Assembly (NCBI RefSeq): GCF_963921235.1
Contig: NC_086097.1
Span: 221,156,001 to 221,220,000, forward strand
From: Mobula hypostoma
Lineage: Eukaryota
Direction: 5' to 3'
Length of the DNA: 64,000 nucleotides
A model generated the notes under the pieces. It was not told the origin of the DNA. It did no database searches and saw nothing but the letters and a program-made list of their open reading frames with translations. How positions within the stretch are numbered: the stretch's first letter is position 1; each line of letters opens with the position of its first letter. Below are positions 12,716 to 26,468 of this stretch, in pieces. A program made the position numbers and the translations under genes.

Positions 12716-14078
12716 ATAGTCATAGTCATAGTCATACTTTATTAGTCCCGAGGGAAACTGGTTTTCATTACAGTTGCTCCATAAATAATAAATAGTAATA
12801 GAACCATAAATAGTTAAACAGTAATATGTAAATTATGCCAGTAAATTATGAAATAAGTCCAATACCAGCCTATTGGCTCAGGATGTCTGACCCTCCAAGG
12901 GAGGAGTTGTAAAGTTTGATGGCCACAGGCAGGAATGACTTCCTATGACGCTCAGTGCTGCATCTGGGTGGAATGAGTCTCTGGCTGAATGTACTCCTGT
13001 GCCCAACCAGTACATTATGTAGTGGTGAGAGAGTCCAGTTCTATCCCCACAACATCACTGGCCTTATGGATGAGTTTGTTGATTCTGTTGGTGCCTGTTA
13101 CCCTCAGTCTGCTGCCCCAGCACACAACAGCAAACATGATAGCACTGGCCACCACAGACTCGTAGAAAATCCTCAGCATCATCCGACAGATGTTAAAGGA
13201 CCTCAGTTTCCTCAGGAAATACAGACGGCTCTGACCCTTCTTGTAGACAGCCTCAGTGTTCTTTGACCAGTCCAGTTTATTGTCAATTCATATCCCCAGG
13301 GATTTGTAATCCTCCACCATGTCCACACTGACCCCCTGGATGGAAACAGGAGTCACCGGTACCTTAGCTCTCCTCAGGTCTACCACCAGCTCCTTAGTCT
13401 TTTTCACATTAAACTGCAGATAATTCTGCTCACACCATGTGACAAGGTTTCCTACCATAGCCCTCATCTCCCTTGCTGATGCATCCAACTATGGCAGAGA
13501 CATCAGAAAACTTCTGAAGATGACAAGACTCCGTGCAGTAGTTGAAGTCCGAGGTGTAAATGGTGAAGAGAAAGGGAGACAAGACAGTCCCCTGTGGAGC
13601 CCCAGTGCTGCTGATCACTCTGTTGGACACACAGTGTTGCAAACACACGTACTGTGGTCTGCCAGTCAGGTAATCAAGAATCCATGATACTAGGGAAGCA
13701 TCCACCTGCATCGCTGTCAGCTTCTCCCCCAGCAGAGCAGGGCGGATGGTGTTGAATGCACTGGAGAAGTCAAAATACATGACCCTCACAGTGCTCACTG
13801 GCTTGTCCAGGTGGGCGTAGACACGGTTCAGCAGGAAGACGATGTCATCCTCAACTCCTAGTTGGGGCTGGTAGGCGAACTGGAGGGGATCTAAGTGTGG
13901 CCTGACCATAGGCCGGAGCAGCTCCAGAACAAGTCTCTCCAGGGTCTTCATGATGTGGGAGGTCAATGCCACCGGTCTGCAGTCATTGAGGCCGCTGGGG
14001 CGTGGCGTCTTCGGCACAGGGACGAGGCAGGACGTCTTCCACAATGCAGGAACCCTCCGGAGCCTCAGACTCAGGTTG
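12716..14078 (-). mobile_element. Rex1/Babar-type LINE (RT) inserted in the Gypsy gag zinc knuckle
   Basis: ORF 13430-14086 contains WKTSCLVPVPK, RPVALTSHIMKTLER, LDPLQFAYQ, FDFSSAFNTI and GAPQGTVLSPFLF. Reverse tail (CATAGT)n at 12716-12735. Confidence 0.9.
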
Positions 14079-15476
14079 ACTCCCATGTTGGTTCAAAGAA
14101 AAAGTTTACAGAAAGTGTCACAGAGGTTACATAGAGACAGTGTGCAAGGTAGACAAAAAGCACAGACGAGTGAAAAGTCTGAAATGCAAAACTGAGCAAA
14201 TGCATAAAGTTACTGAATGTAAAACAGAATCAGCCAACATTGAGTCTGAAAAGGTGAACTGTCATGCCTAGAGCTGCGTAGTATAACTAAAGCAGATCAC
14301 AAAATCATCTGGATCACAATAGATGTGTCTGGAGTAAAACTGAAAATGGAGTTGGATACAAGGTCAGCATTGTCCATAATCCCAGAGGCTGACTACAACA
14401 GATTGTTTTCTAAGGTACCATCAGAGAAGACCTCAGTGATGCTAAAGACTTACACAAGCAAAAAAAGTCAAACTGAAAGGCAAACTGAAAGTAAATGAGA
14501 TGTATGGAGACCAAATCACAACAGTTACAGCTTTATGTATTGAAAAGTGGAGGGCCAGCACTTGTCAGAGTTGAATGGTTGAGAAAAATCCAACTAGTCT
14601 GGCACTCAATCAAAGCTCTCAGTGTGACATCAACAGGCAACGGCAGCCCAAATGGTAGCACTAACCAGAGACTGACACAGCTCTGAGAAGGTGTTTGAGA
14701 AGGGGATTGGCAAACTCAAAGGCATGAAGGCCGGAATTGAACTGGATGAAACAGCGACACCAAGATTCCATAAAGTATGTACAGTGTCTTATGTACTACA
14801 TCCTAAAGTGGATGCTGAACAGCAGAGCTTGGAGGCATCTGGAATGCTTTCCAAGGTTGAACCACGCCCATTGTCCCGGTAATCAAGAAAGGGAAGGGCA
14901 GAGCCATTCGCATATGTGGGGATTTTGAGGTAAGCATCAACCCGGTGCTCCGTACTGTGCAGAATCCCCTGCCACGAACAGAGGACATTTTTGCATCTTT
15001 GGCAGGCGGGGAGAGGTTGTCAGAAACTGACTTGTCACAAGCCTATCTTCAAATGGAGATTGACAAGCCAAACAGGAAGCTCCTCACAATCAACACTCAC
15101 GATGGACTGTTCCAGTCTAATCATCTCGTCTTTGGTGTTGCATCAGCAATTTGGCAAAGAGCAGTGGATCAGGTGCTCCAAGATACCTCAGGAGCACAAT
15201 GTTATCTTGATGATATCATCATGACAGGCAGAAATGATGAAGAGCACCTCCAGAACCTGGATAAAGTGCTTACCAGGCTGAGTGAGTATTGTCTGCACGC
15301 AGAGAGAGAAATGTGAGTTTTTCGAGAATGAAATCTCATGTTCCCCATAACCCTTAATTCCCTTACTACGTAAAAACCTATTTAACTGTTTCTTAGGTAT
15401 ATTTAGTGAGGAAGCCTCAACTGCTTCCCTGGGTAGAGAATTCCACGGATTCACCACTCTCAGGGAAAAACAGTTT

Positions 15477-18400
15477 ATAACCATATAACAATTACAGCAC
15501 GGAAACAGACTATCTCTGCCCTTCTAGTCCGTGCCGATCTCTTACTCTCAACTAGTCCCACCGACCTGCACTCAGCCCATAACCCTCCATTCCTTTCCTG
15601 TTCATATAGCTGTCCAATTTAACTTTAAATGACAACATCGAACCTGCCTCAACCACTTCTGCTGAAAGCTCGTTCCACACAGCTACCACTCTCTGAGTAA
15701 AGAAGTTCCTCCTCATGTTACCCCGAAACTTTTGCTCTTTAACTCTCATCTCGTGTCGTCTTGTTTGAATCTCCCCCACTCTCAATGGAAAAAGCCTATC
15801 CATGTCAACTCTATCTATCCCCCTCATAATTTTAAATACCTCTATCAAGTCCCCCCTCAACCTTATACGTTCCAAAGAATAAAGGCCCAACTTGTTCAAC
15901 CTTTCTCTGTAACTTAGGTGATGAAACACAGGTAACGTGCCGGTAAATCTTCTCTGTACTCTCTCAATTTTGTTGACATCTTTCCTATAATTCGGTGACC
16001 AAAACTGTACACAATACTCCAAATTTGGCCTTACCAATGCCTTATACAATTTCATCATTACATCCCAACTCCTATACTCTATGCTCTGATTTATAAAGGC
16101 CAGCATACCAAAAGCTTTCTTCACCACCCTATTCACATGAGATTCCACCTTCAGGGAACTATGCACCATTATTCCTAGATCCCTCTGTTCTACTGCATTC
16201 TTCAATGCCCTACCATTTACCATGTATGTCCTATTTTGATTAGTCCTACCAAAATGAAGCACCTCACATTCATCAGCATTAAACTCCATCTACCATCTTT
16301 CAGCCCACTCTTCTAACTGGCCTAAATATCTCTGCAAGCTTTGAAAACCTACTTCCACAACTCCACCTATCTTAGTATCATTTGCATACTTACTAATCCA
16401 ATTTACCACCCCATCCTCCAGATCATAGAAACATAGAAACATAGAAAATAAGTGCAGGAGTAGGCCATTTGGCCCTTCGAGCCTGCACCGCCATTCAGTA
16501 TGATCATGGCTGATCATCCAACTCAGAACCCTGTACCAGCCTTCCCTCCATACCCCCTGATCCCTTTAGCCACAAGAGCCATATTTAACTCCCTCTTAAA
16601 TATAGCCAATGAACTGGCCTCAACTGTTTCCTGTGGCAGAGAATTCCACAGATTCACCACTCTCTGTGTGAAGAAGTTTTTCCTAATCTCGGTCCTAAAA
16701 GGCTTCCCCTTTATCCTCAAACTGTGACCCCTCGTTCTGGACTTCCCCAACATCGGGAACAATCTTCCTGCATCTAGCCTGTCCAATCCCTTTAGGATTT
16801 TATACGTTTCAATCAGATCCCCCCTCAATCTTCTAAATTCCAACGAGTATAAGCCTAGTTCATCCAGTCTTTCATCGTATGAAAGTCCTGCCATCCCAGG
16901 AATCAATCTGGTGAACCTTCTTTGTACTCCCTCTACGGCAAGGATGTCTTTCCTCAGATTAGGGGACCAAAACTGCACACAATACTCCAGGTGTGGTCTC
17001 ACCAAGGCCTTGTACAACTGCAGTAGTACCTCCCTGCTCCTGTACTCGAATCCTCTTGCTATGAATGCCAGCATACCATTCGCCTTTTTCACCGCCTGCT
17101 GTACCTGCATGCCCACTTTCAATGACTGGTGTATAATGACACCCAGGTCTCGTTGCACCTCCCCTTTTCCTAATCAGGCGCCATTCAGATAATAATCTGT
17201 TTTCCTGTTTTTGCCACCAAAGTGGATAACTTCACATTTATCCACATTAAATTGCATCTGCCATGAATTTGCCCACTCACCTAACCTATCCAAGTCACCC
17301 TGCATCCTCTTAGCATCCTCCTCACAGCTAACACTGCCGCCCAGCTTCACGTCATCCGCAAACTTGGAGATGCTGCATTTAATTCCCTCATCCAAGTCAT
17401 TAATATATATTGTAAACAATTGGGGTCCCAGCACTGAGCCTTGTGGTACCCCACTAGTCACTGCCTGCCATTCTGAAAAGGTCCCGTTTATTCCCACTCT
17501 TTGCTTCCTGTCTGCCAACCAATTCTCTATCCACATCAATATCTTACCCCCAATACCGTGTGCTTTAAGTTTGCACACTAATCTCCTGTGTGGGACCTTG
17601 TCAAAAGCCTTTTGAAAATCCAAATATACCACATCCACTGGTTCTCCCCTATCCACTCTACTGGTTACATCCTCAAAAAATTCTATGAGACTCGTCAGAT
17701 ATGATTTTCCTTTCACAAATCCATGCTGACTTTGTCCGATGATTTCATCGTTTTAATGTACATGACAAATAACAGTGGACCCAGTACAGATCCCTGAGGC
17801 ACACCACTAGTCACCGGCCTCCAATCTGACAAACAGTTATCTACCACCACTGGCATCTTCCATCCAGCCACTGCTGAATCCATTTTACTACTTCAATATT
17901 AATACCTAACGATTGAAACTTGCTAACCAACCTTCCATGTGAGACCTTGTCAAAGGCCTTACTGAAGTCCATATAGACAACATCCACTGCTTTACCCTCG
18001 TCAATTTTCCTCGTAACCTCTTCAAAAAATTCAATAAGATTTCTCAAACATGACCTTCCACGCACAAATCCATGTTGACTGTTCTTAATCAGACCCTGTC
18101 TATCCAGATAATTATATATACCATCTCTAAGAATACTTTCCATCAATTTACCCACCACTGACATCAAACTCACAGGCCAATAATTGCTAGGTTTACTCTT
18201 AGAACTCTTTTTAAACAATGGAACAACATGAGCAATATGCCAATCCTCCGGCACCATCCCTGTTTCTAATTATTAATCTCTGTCAGAGCCCCTGCTATTT
18301 TCTCACTAACTTTCCTCAAGGTCCTAGGGAATAACCCATCAGGACCCAGAGACTTATCCACTTTTATATTCCTTAAAAGCTCCAGTACTTCCTCTTCTTT

Positions 18401-19115
18401 AATCATCATAGTTTCCATAACTTCTCTACCTGTTTCCCTTATTTTACATAATTGAATATCCTTCTCCTTAGTGAATACTGAAGAAAAGAAATTGTTCAAA
18501 ATCTCCTCCATCTCTTTTGGCCCCACACATAGCTGTCCACTCTGATTCTCTAAGGGACCAATTTTATCCCTCACTATCCTTTTGCTATTAATATAACGGT
18601 AGAAACCCTCAGGATTTATTTTCACCTTACTTGCCAAAGCAACCTCATATCTTCTTTTAGCTTTTCTAATTTCTTTCTTAAAATTCTTTTTACATTCTTT
18701 ATATTCCTCGAGCACCTCATTTACTCCATGCTGCCTATATTTATTGTAGATATCTCTCTTTTTCTGAACCAAGTTTCCAATATCCCTTGAAAACTTTTAA
18801 CCTTTCCTTTCAACCTAACAGGAACATAAAGATTCTGTACTCTCAAAATTTCTCCTTTAAATGACCTCCATTTCTCTGTTACACTCTTCCCATAAAACAA
18901 ATTGTCTCAATCCACTCCTCCTAAACCCTTTCGCATCTCCTCAAAGTTAGCTCTTCTCCAATCAAAAATCTCAACCCTGGGTCCAGACCTATCCTTCTCC
19001 ATAATTATATTGAAACTAATAACATTGTGATTACTGGACCTGAAGTGCTCCCCAACACAAACCTCCATCACCTGACCTATCTCATTCCCTAACAGGAGAT
19101 CCAACACTGCCCCTT
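15477..19115 (-). mobile_element. CR1-B, split into 15477-16426 and 17754-19115, nested in CR1-A
   Basis: ORFs 15552-16289, 17841-18257, 18266-18772 and 18907-19107. The halves rejoin as ccagatcat|taatgtacatgac. Tail ataaccatataac. Confidence 0.88.
16424..17753 (-). mobile_element. CR1-C, young 5'-truncated copy nested in CR1-B
   Basis: ORFs 17174-17716 and 16523-17158 share a frame and are separated by a single stop. Tail (CATAGAAA)n. Confidence 0.93.
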
Positions 19116-20565
19116 CTCCTCATCTCCATCCTAAATCTTCTCCCTTGAATCTTGAGGCAATCTAGTCTCACCTACCAATGGAAACAACTTTCCTACTTCT
19201 ATCAAAATTTTGTATGTTTCTATAAGATCCCCTTTCATTCTTCTGAACTCCAGAGAGTATAGTCCCAGGCAACTCAATCTCGCCTCATAGGTTAACCCCT
19301 TCATGCCTGGAATCAACCTGGTGTACCTCCTCTGCACTGCCTCCAAATCCAGTATATCCTTCCTCAAATATGGAGACCAGAACTGCACACAGTACTCCAG
19401 GTGCGGCCTCACCAGTACCCTGTATAGTTGCAGCATGACCTCCCTGCTCTTGAATTCAATCCCTCTAGCAATGAAGGCCAACATTCCATTTGCCTTCTTA
19501 ACAACCTGTAGTACCTGCAAGCCAACTTTTTGCGATTCATGAACAAGCACGCCCAAGTCCCTCTGCACAACATCATGCTGCAATCTTTCACCATTTAAAT
19601 AATAATCTGCTCTTCTATTATTCCTTCCAAAGTGGATGATCTCGCATTTACCAACGTTGTATTCCATTTGCCAGACTTTAGTTCACTCACTTAACCTATC
19701 TGTATCCCTTTGCAGACTCTCCGCATCCCCTGTACAATATGCTTTTCCACTCAGATTAATGTCATCAGCAAATTTTGCTATGCTACACTCAGTTTCCTCT
19801 TCCAAATCATCAATGTAAATGGTAAACAGCTGCGGGCCCAGCACCGACCCCTGCAGCATCCCACTCACCACTGACTGCCAACCAGAGAAACACACATTTA
19901 TATCAACTCTCTGCCTCCTATCGGTTAACCAATCCACTATCCATGCCAATACACTTCCTCTGACTCCATGTTGTAGTGGCATCAGACATTTCAAGACAGC
20001 TCCACACCACCCTGCAATGAATGGGTTAGCTGAAAGTTTTATCCAAACCTTCAAGAAGCCTATCAAAGCAATGGTCAAGGAGGACACTTCTCTACAGTAC
20101 AAGGTGAACAACTTCCTTTTTGTGCATTGGAACTCTGTTCATGCGAGGACAAATCAAATACCTGCAATGTTGTTCATGAGTAGGAGTCTGAGACCTTGCA
20201 TCGATCTCCTGAAACCAGATCTACGGAGGAAAGTGACGAATAAACAGTTCAACCAGTTGCCAAGTGAATCAGCAAGGATCTTCAAGATGAGACAGGAAGT
20301 CCCAGCACATGATTACCGAGAAGACAAGTGGACACCTGATAGGATAGCTACAAGAACTGGACCACTGACATACACAGTGGATGTTGGAGATCATACATGG
20401 AGACATCTCGTGGACCAGATACGGAATGCTCAACCAAGTATATAGGTTGCCTTTGAGTTTAGGTATAAACTCAAGTTTTTGTACCTTCCCCAGAAGAGAT
20501 CTTCAATGATACAGAAATCTGAAACCCTGCCTTCTGTACCACATTGTATGAATTCATCTGCCAAG

Positions 20566-21050
20566 GCATCTCAGGTTGGAGGAACAGCACCTTATATTCC
20601 GTCTGGGTAGCCTCCAACCTGATGGCATGAACATTGACTTCTCTAACTTCCGCTATTGCCCCACCTCCCCCTCGTACCCCATCCGTTATTTATTTTTATA
20701 CACATGTTCTTTCTTTCTCTCTCTCTCCTTTTTCTCCCTCTGTCCCTCTGACTATACCCCTTGCCCATCCTCTGGGTTCCACCCCCCCCTTGTCTTTCTC
20801 CCCAGACCTCCTGTCCCATGATCCTCTCATATCCCCTTTGCCAATCACCTGTCCAGCTCTTGGCTCCACCCCCCCCCCCCGTCTTCTCCTATCATTTTGG
20901 ATCTCCCCCTCCCACTTTCAAATCTCTTACCAGCTCTTCTTTCAGTTAGTCCTGACGAAGGGTCTTGGCCTGAAACGTCAACAGTACCTCTTCCTAGAGA
21001 TGCTGCCTGGCCTGCTGCTTTCACCAGCTACTTTGATGTGTGCTGCTTAT
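20566..21050 (+). mobile_element. Penelope-like element 3' end (GIY-YIG C-terminus plus 3' UTR with hammerhead motif)
   Basis: EEQHLIFRLGSLQPDGMNIDFSNFR, a pyrimidine-rich UTR, then cctgacgaagggtcttggcctgaaacgtc and agatgctgcctggcctgctg. Confidence 0.85.
20948..20983 (+). ncRNA. Minimal type I hammerhead ribozyme motif (partly decayed)
   Basis: agtc-CTGACGA-agggtcttggcct-GAAAC-GTC-aaca. The core is intact; stem I is mismatched. Confidence 0.6.
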
Positions 21051-21054
21051 TCTT

Positions 21055-21345
21055 AACTTCACTGGTGAGATTACTAACCATGAGGTCCTGCTCTTCAGCT
21101 TTCTACCTAACTCCCTAAATTCTCTCTTCAGGACCTCATCTCTTTCCATAACGATGTCATTGATACCAAGCTGTCCCATGGCTTCTGGCCATTCACCCTC
21201 TCCCTTTAGAACACCATGGACCCGATCCAAAGCATCCCTGACCTTGGCACCTGGGTATCTCTTTCATGACCACAGAATCTTTGGTCTGCTCCTCTAATTA
21301 TGGAATCCCTTATCATTATTGCTCTGCTCTTCTGCCCACCCTCCC
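21055..21345 (-). mobile_element. CR1 ORF1 SGNH-esterase fragment
   Basis: RAIMIRDSIIRGADQRFCG (GDS block) and GINDI...LKREFRELGRKLKSRTS. Confidence 0.75.
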
Positions 21346-21415
21346 TTCTGAGCCACAGGGATGATTGACTACTAAACACCTCAACCTGAAATATCAGAAA
21401 TTCACTAAAACTTTT

Positions 21416-21810
21416 ACATAGAAACATAGAAAGACCTACAACACAATACAGGCCCTTTGTCCCACAATGCTGTGCCAAAAATGTACTTACTTTAGAAATT
21501 ACCATGGATTACCCATAGCCCTTTATTTTTCTAAGCTCCATGTACCTACCCAGGAGTCTCTTAAAGTACCCAATCGTATCCGCCTCCACCACCATCGCCA
21601 GCAGCCCAATCCATGCACTCACCACTCTCTGTGTAAAAAACTTACCCCTAACATCTCCTTTGTACCTAATTCCAAGCAACTTAAAACTGTGTCCTTTTGT
21701 GGTAGTCATTTCAGCCCTGGGAAAAAGCCTCTGACTACCCACGCAATCAATGCCTCTCATCATCTTATACTCCTCTATCAGATCACCTCTCATCCTCCGT
21801 CACTCCAAGG
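21416..21810 (-). mobile_element. CR1 3' fragment
   Basis: ORF 21509-21793 (MRGDLIE...FFTQRVVSAW) with an acatagaaacatagaaa tail. Confidence 0.9.
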
Positions 21811-22374
21811 ATGTGACTGTTTCTGTGATGGTAAAATATTTAAGTCACCAGTTCAGTTAAAGTGATTTTAAATGAATGAAAGTATTTCTATGATGATATT
21901 CATAGAATATAGTTCATTGTAGGAACAAGCCAGTCAACCACCGTGTCTGTGCTGAACATAATGGCAAACTAACTAACCCCATGTGCCTCATATGGTCTTT
22001 ATCCATCTATTTCCTGCCTGTTCACAGGTGTCTCTAAATGCCTCTTAAATACTGTTATTGCATCTGCTTCTACCATTTCCTCTGCTGGTCTCTTATATCC
22101 CAAACATTAGGAATTTAATATTAGTTGTGGGAGGATTTGAGGTGTACTTGAGTTAACTTCACATCAACCCCAAACATTTTTGTGAGTTAAATTACACTCC
22201 AAGCATATATTACATGTACTTTTATTGTAGCTTGTGAACTATTGAGCTAAAACGTAAGCTAGAACTATTCTCCCTGGAGCAGAAAAGATCAGGAGATGGC
22301 CAAAAAGAGGTCTTCAGATTCAAATTTTGGATTCATATTCAGATATATTCATCACATATATTGTGTGTCAAAAC

Positions 22375-23115
22375 TCATCGGCTACACAAAAGCATTTGAT
22401 AAAGTGAAGCACAATAAGTTATTTGAAATATTACAAAAAACTCTAGATCTAGATTCGAAAGATCTCCGCTTAATCAGAAATCTGTACTGGTAACAAACTG
22501 CCACTGTAAGAATAGATGGAGAAGTGAGTCAGTTTACGAAAATCAAGAGAGGCATTAGACAAGGGTGTGTTTTCTCCCCTGATTTATTTAATGTGTACAG
22601 TGAAACTATATTACAAAAAATAAAAGGCATCTTGGGAATCAAAGTTGGCAGTGAAAACATCAGTAATTTCAGATATGCAGATGACACTGTGTTAATTGTA
22701 AGTGCGGAGGAAGAACTACAAAACTTAATTGATATAATTGTTGAAGAAAGTGCAAAAATGGGTCTATCTATCAATTGCAAAAAGACAGAATGTATGGTGA
22801 TATCCAAAAAGGAGAATCCCATCTGCAGACTGAGAATAAACGGGGAAGACATAAAACAAGTACTGAACTTTTGCTACTTAGGAAGCTGGGTGACGTCAGA
22901 TGGCAGGTGCGACTTGGACATCAAAAGAAGAATAGGGATGGCAAAAGACACCTTTATGAGAATGAAGAGTGTACTGACCAACACTAAACTAGGCATGACA
23001 ACCCGCCTCAGAGTACTGAAATGTTCCTTTATCCAGTTATGTTATACGGCTCAGAATGTTGGACAATATCTAGTAATATGAAGAAACGAATTGTAGCAGC
23101 AGAAATGTGGTTTTC
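22375..23115 (+). mobile_element. RTE-clade LINE, internal RT fragment
   Basis: YTKAFDKVKH, RGIRQGCVFSPDLFN, RYADDTVLI, GLSINCKKT, FCYLGS, DIKRRIGMAK and LYGSECW. Both ends are truncated. Confidence 0.88.
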
Positions 23116-23571
23116 GCCACAGTTTTCGGCGTCAATGTAGCATACCCACCATGTTCAGCACAACAACAAAATAGAACATACCAAGATACAATGCAACAAC
23201 ACCCAAGCACGCCCCATTCCTCCCTCCCACCCACCAATCCACACACATACACAGTCGACTAACCCCTGGACAGAACACTTTCAGCCTCCAACCTCCAGTG
23301 GAATCGTGGATTTGCAGGCAATGGGCCTTGACTTCCCTGGCAGACTTTCAGAGATTCACAGACAAGGGGCTCTGGTACTCTGACTCCAATCTTTGGACTT
23401 TTGATCGACCTTCGGGCTTCAATCTGGACCTCCAATCAACCTTTGGGTTTCAATCTTTAATACTGACCCAGGACTCGCCACTGATGACAAATGTGGATCC
23501 TGGATAAGGACTTGAATTCCAGATTGGAGCACCAGGCTGTTTTTGCTTTGATGTGATTTTTCTTGATCAAT

Positions 23572-25115
23572 TAGAACCATAGAACCATAGAACATTACAG
23601 CACAGAAACAGGGCTTTTGGCTCTTCTTGGCTATGCCAAACCGTTTTTCTGCCTAGTCCCACTGGCCTGCACCTGGACCGTATCCCTCCATACACCTCTC
23701 ATCCATGTACCTGTCCAAGTTTTTCTTAAATGTTAAAAGTGAGCCCTCATTTACCACTTCATCTGGCAGCTCATTCCACACTCCCACCACTCTCTGTGTG
23801 AAGAAGCCCCCCCACTAATGTTCCCTTTAAACTTTTCCCCCTTTACCCTTAACCCATGTCCTCTGGTTTTTTTCTCCCCTTGCCTCAGTGGAAAAAGCCT
23901 GCTTGCATTCACTCTATCTACACCCATCATAATTTTATATACCTCTCTCAAATCTGCCCTCATTCTTCTACGCTCCAGGAAATAAAGTCCTAACCTATTC
24001 AACCTTTCTCTGTAACTGAGTTTCTCAAGTCCCGGCAACATCCTTGTAAACCTTCTCTGCACTCTTTCAACCTTATTGATATCCTTCCTGTAATTTGGTG
24101 AACAAAACTGTACACAATACTCCAAAATTGGCCTCACCAATGCCTTATACAACATCACCATAACATTCCAACTCTTATATGCAATATTTTGATTTATAAA
24201 GGCCAATGTGCCAAAAGCTCTCTTTATGACCCTATCTACCTGTGACACTACTTTTAGGGAATTTTGTATCTGTACTCCTGGATCCCTCTGTTCTACTGCA
24301 CTCCTCAGTGCCCTACCATTTACCTTGTATGTTCTACCTTGGTTTGTCCTTCCAAAGTGCAATACCTCACACTCATCTGTATTAAACTTGATTTACCATT
24401 TTTCAGGCCATTTTTCAGGCCATTTTTCCACTGGTCCAAATCCCTCTGCAAGCTTTGAAAACCTTCCTCACTGTCCACTACACCTCCAATCTTTGTATCA
24501 TCAGCAAATTTGCTTTTCCAATTTAGCACATTATCATCCAGATCATTGATAGAGATGACAAATAACAATGGACCCAGCGCTGATCCCTGTGGCACACCAC
24601 TAGTCACAGGCCTCCACTCAGAGAAGCAATCCTCCACTACCACTCTCTGGCTTCTTGTATTGAGCCAATGTCTAATCCAATTTACCACCTCTCCATGTAT
24701 ACCTAGCAACTAAATCTTCCTAACTAACCTCCCGTGCGGACCTTGTCAAAGGCCTTACTGAAGTCCATGTAGACAACATCTACTGACTTCCCTTCATCCT
24801 CTTTCCTGGTAACCTCCTCGAAAAATTCTAATAGGTTGGTAAAACATGACCTACCACACACAAAGCCATGTTGACTCTCCCTAATAAGTCCCTGTCTATC
24901 CAAATGCTTGTAGATTCTGTCTCTTAGTACTCCCTCCAATAATTTACCTACTACCGACGTTAAACTTACCGGCCTATAATTTCTTGGATTACGTTTAGAG
25001 CCTTTTTTAAATAATGGAACAACATGAGCCACTCTCCAATACCTCCGGCACCTCACCCGTAGATACCGACATTTTAAATGTATCTGCCAGGGCCCCTGCA
25101 ATTTCAACACTAGTC
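23572..25115 (-). mobile_element. CR1 LINE, 5'-truncated
   Basis: ORFs 24724-25110, 24320-24709 and 23751-24362 with CR1 RT motifs. Tail (TAGAACCA)n. Contains a small tandem duplication of ccatttttcagg at ~24396-24428. Confidence 0.92.
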
Positions 25116-25901
25116 AATTAGATTTCAATTAGATAGAGAAAAATATTCTTTGAGTTGAGTGCGTGAATAGTCAGAGGTTATTGAATCAAAACCCTTGGCA
25201 ATAAATGTAGAAGAGAGATTTGGGCAATTTTATTCATTCAGAGAGTGCCAGGATTGAAATATAATATTTAAAACATTTTGCTTGCTCTATAATGGGATTT
25301 AATTCCTTTGGAAGGACATGATGTACTAGTGTCAAAGGTTTAAAAGAATTGAATGATGGTTCCACATATTAAATGAATATGAAACATCTAGCAATTTCTA
25401 ATTTATATAGATATGGCATATATTTTTAACTACCCAATGGACACTGTGCAGAAACCCTTTTTTCACTGTGATCCTTTGTGTACATTTGCTCCAGTTCTAT
25501 TTGTGGAATTGTTGGGTTCCCTTCTCTTTCAAAGAGCTTGTTATGCTTTTGGATCACACTGTTTACCAATTCTAGGAAGTTGGCATTGCCCCCTTTGTCC
25601 TTTCATTTGGAAAAGGTGTGGCCAATAAAAGACCGGATCAGGTGCCATTAACCTAGAGGTCTATGCTTTGTAAGTCATTATAGTGATCTGGATTGTATTT
25701 CATGGGACTCAATTCCTACCTCAGTCATTTGGCACATAATATTCAACATTGGATTAATGATTATAGCATGCTATCATCAGTGCTGAACCAAAAACTATAT
25801 TCTAAATGCATATGTACAATCCATTCAAGTTATTTATTAAGAATAACTTGTTTTATTCCTGTTATTTATTAAGAAAATTATTTTTCACAGCATGCAGTAT
25901 G

Positions 25902-26468
25902 CACTCAGTGGCCACTTTATTAGGTACCCCCTGTACCTAATAAAGTTGCCACTTAGTGTATGTTCATGGTCTTCTGCTGCTTTAGCCCATCAGCCTCAAG
26001 GTTCGACATGTTGTGCATTCAGAGAGGAACTTCTGCACACCTCTGATGTAACTTTTGGTTATTTGGGTTACTGTTGCCTTCCTTCATGAATCAATCTGGC
26101 CATTCTCCTCTGACCTCTCACATTAACAAGGGATTTTTGCTCATTGAAACCGCTGCTCACTGGATGTTTTGTGTTTTTTGCACCATTCTCTGTAAACTCC
26201 AGAGACTGTTATGCCTGAAAATCCCAGGAGATTGGCTGTTTCTGTGATATTTAAACCACTCTGTCTGGCACCAACGATTATTCTACAGTCAAAATCACTT
26301 TGGAGTCGCGAAGTCTTTTCTTCTCCATTCTGTTTAGTCTGAAAAACAACTGAACCTCTTGACCACGTCTGTATGCTTTTATACATTGAGTTACTGCCAC
26401 GTCTTTGGCTGATTAGACATTTGCATAATAAGGTGTGCAGTTGTACCTAATAAAGTGGCTATTGAGTG
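25902..26468 (-). mobile_element. Non-autonomous Tc1 derivative with three TIRs
   Basis: TIR cactcagtggccactttattaggtac at 25902, with inverted copies at 25933-25958 and 26443-26468. The minus strand encodes a Tc1 HTH remnant SDFDCRIIVGARQSGLNITETANLLGFSGITVSGVYREW. Confidence 0.85.

Larger units (their letters stand above)
15341..19971 (-). mobile_element. CR1-A, split into 15341-15476 and ~19116-19971
   Basis: Joining gaaaaacagttt (ends 15476) to ctcctcatctccatcctaaat (19116) restores the minus-strand CR1 peptide FRMEMRRNCFSLRVVNPWNSLP. Confidence 0.85.
10880..20445 (+). mobile_element. Decayed Ty3/Gypsy LTR retrotransposon (gag-protease-RT...integrase) broken up by nested insertions; no 3' LTR seen
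   Basis: gag at 11255-11544 (LSPKPLIVGERFKIYRRNQ), 12425-12715 (YIAELCKLSQYCDF, RLVCGM...QKRLLAE) and 14080-14150. Protease at ~14310-14560 (KMELDTRSALSII). RT at 14870-15340 (DLSQAYLQM, CYLDDII). Integrase C-half at 19972-20445 (HKTAP-like HFKTAPHHPAMNGLAES, GPLTY). Confidence 0.88.

Noticed and set aside
19683..20445. ORFs 19819-20445 and 19683-20111 as genes
   Set aside because: Both cross the junction between antisense CR1-A and the Gypsy integrase, so they are accidental fusions.
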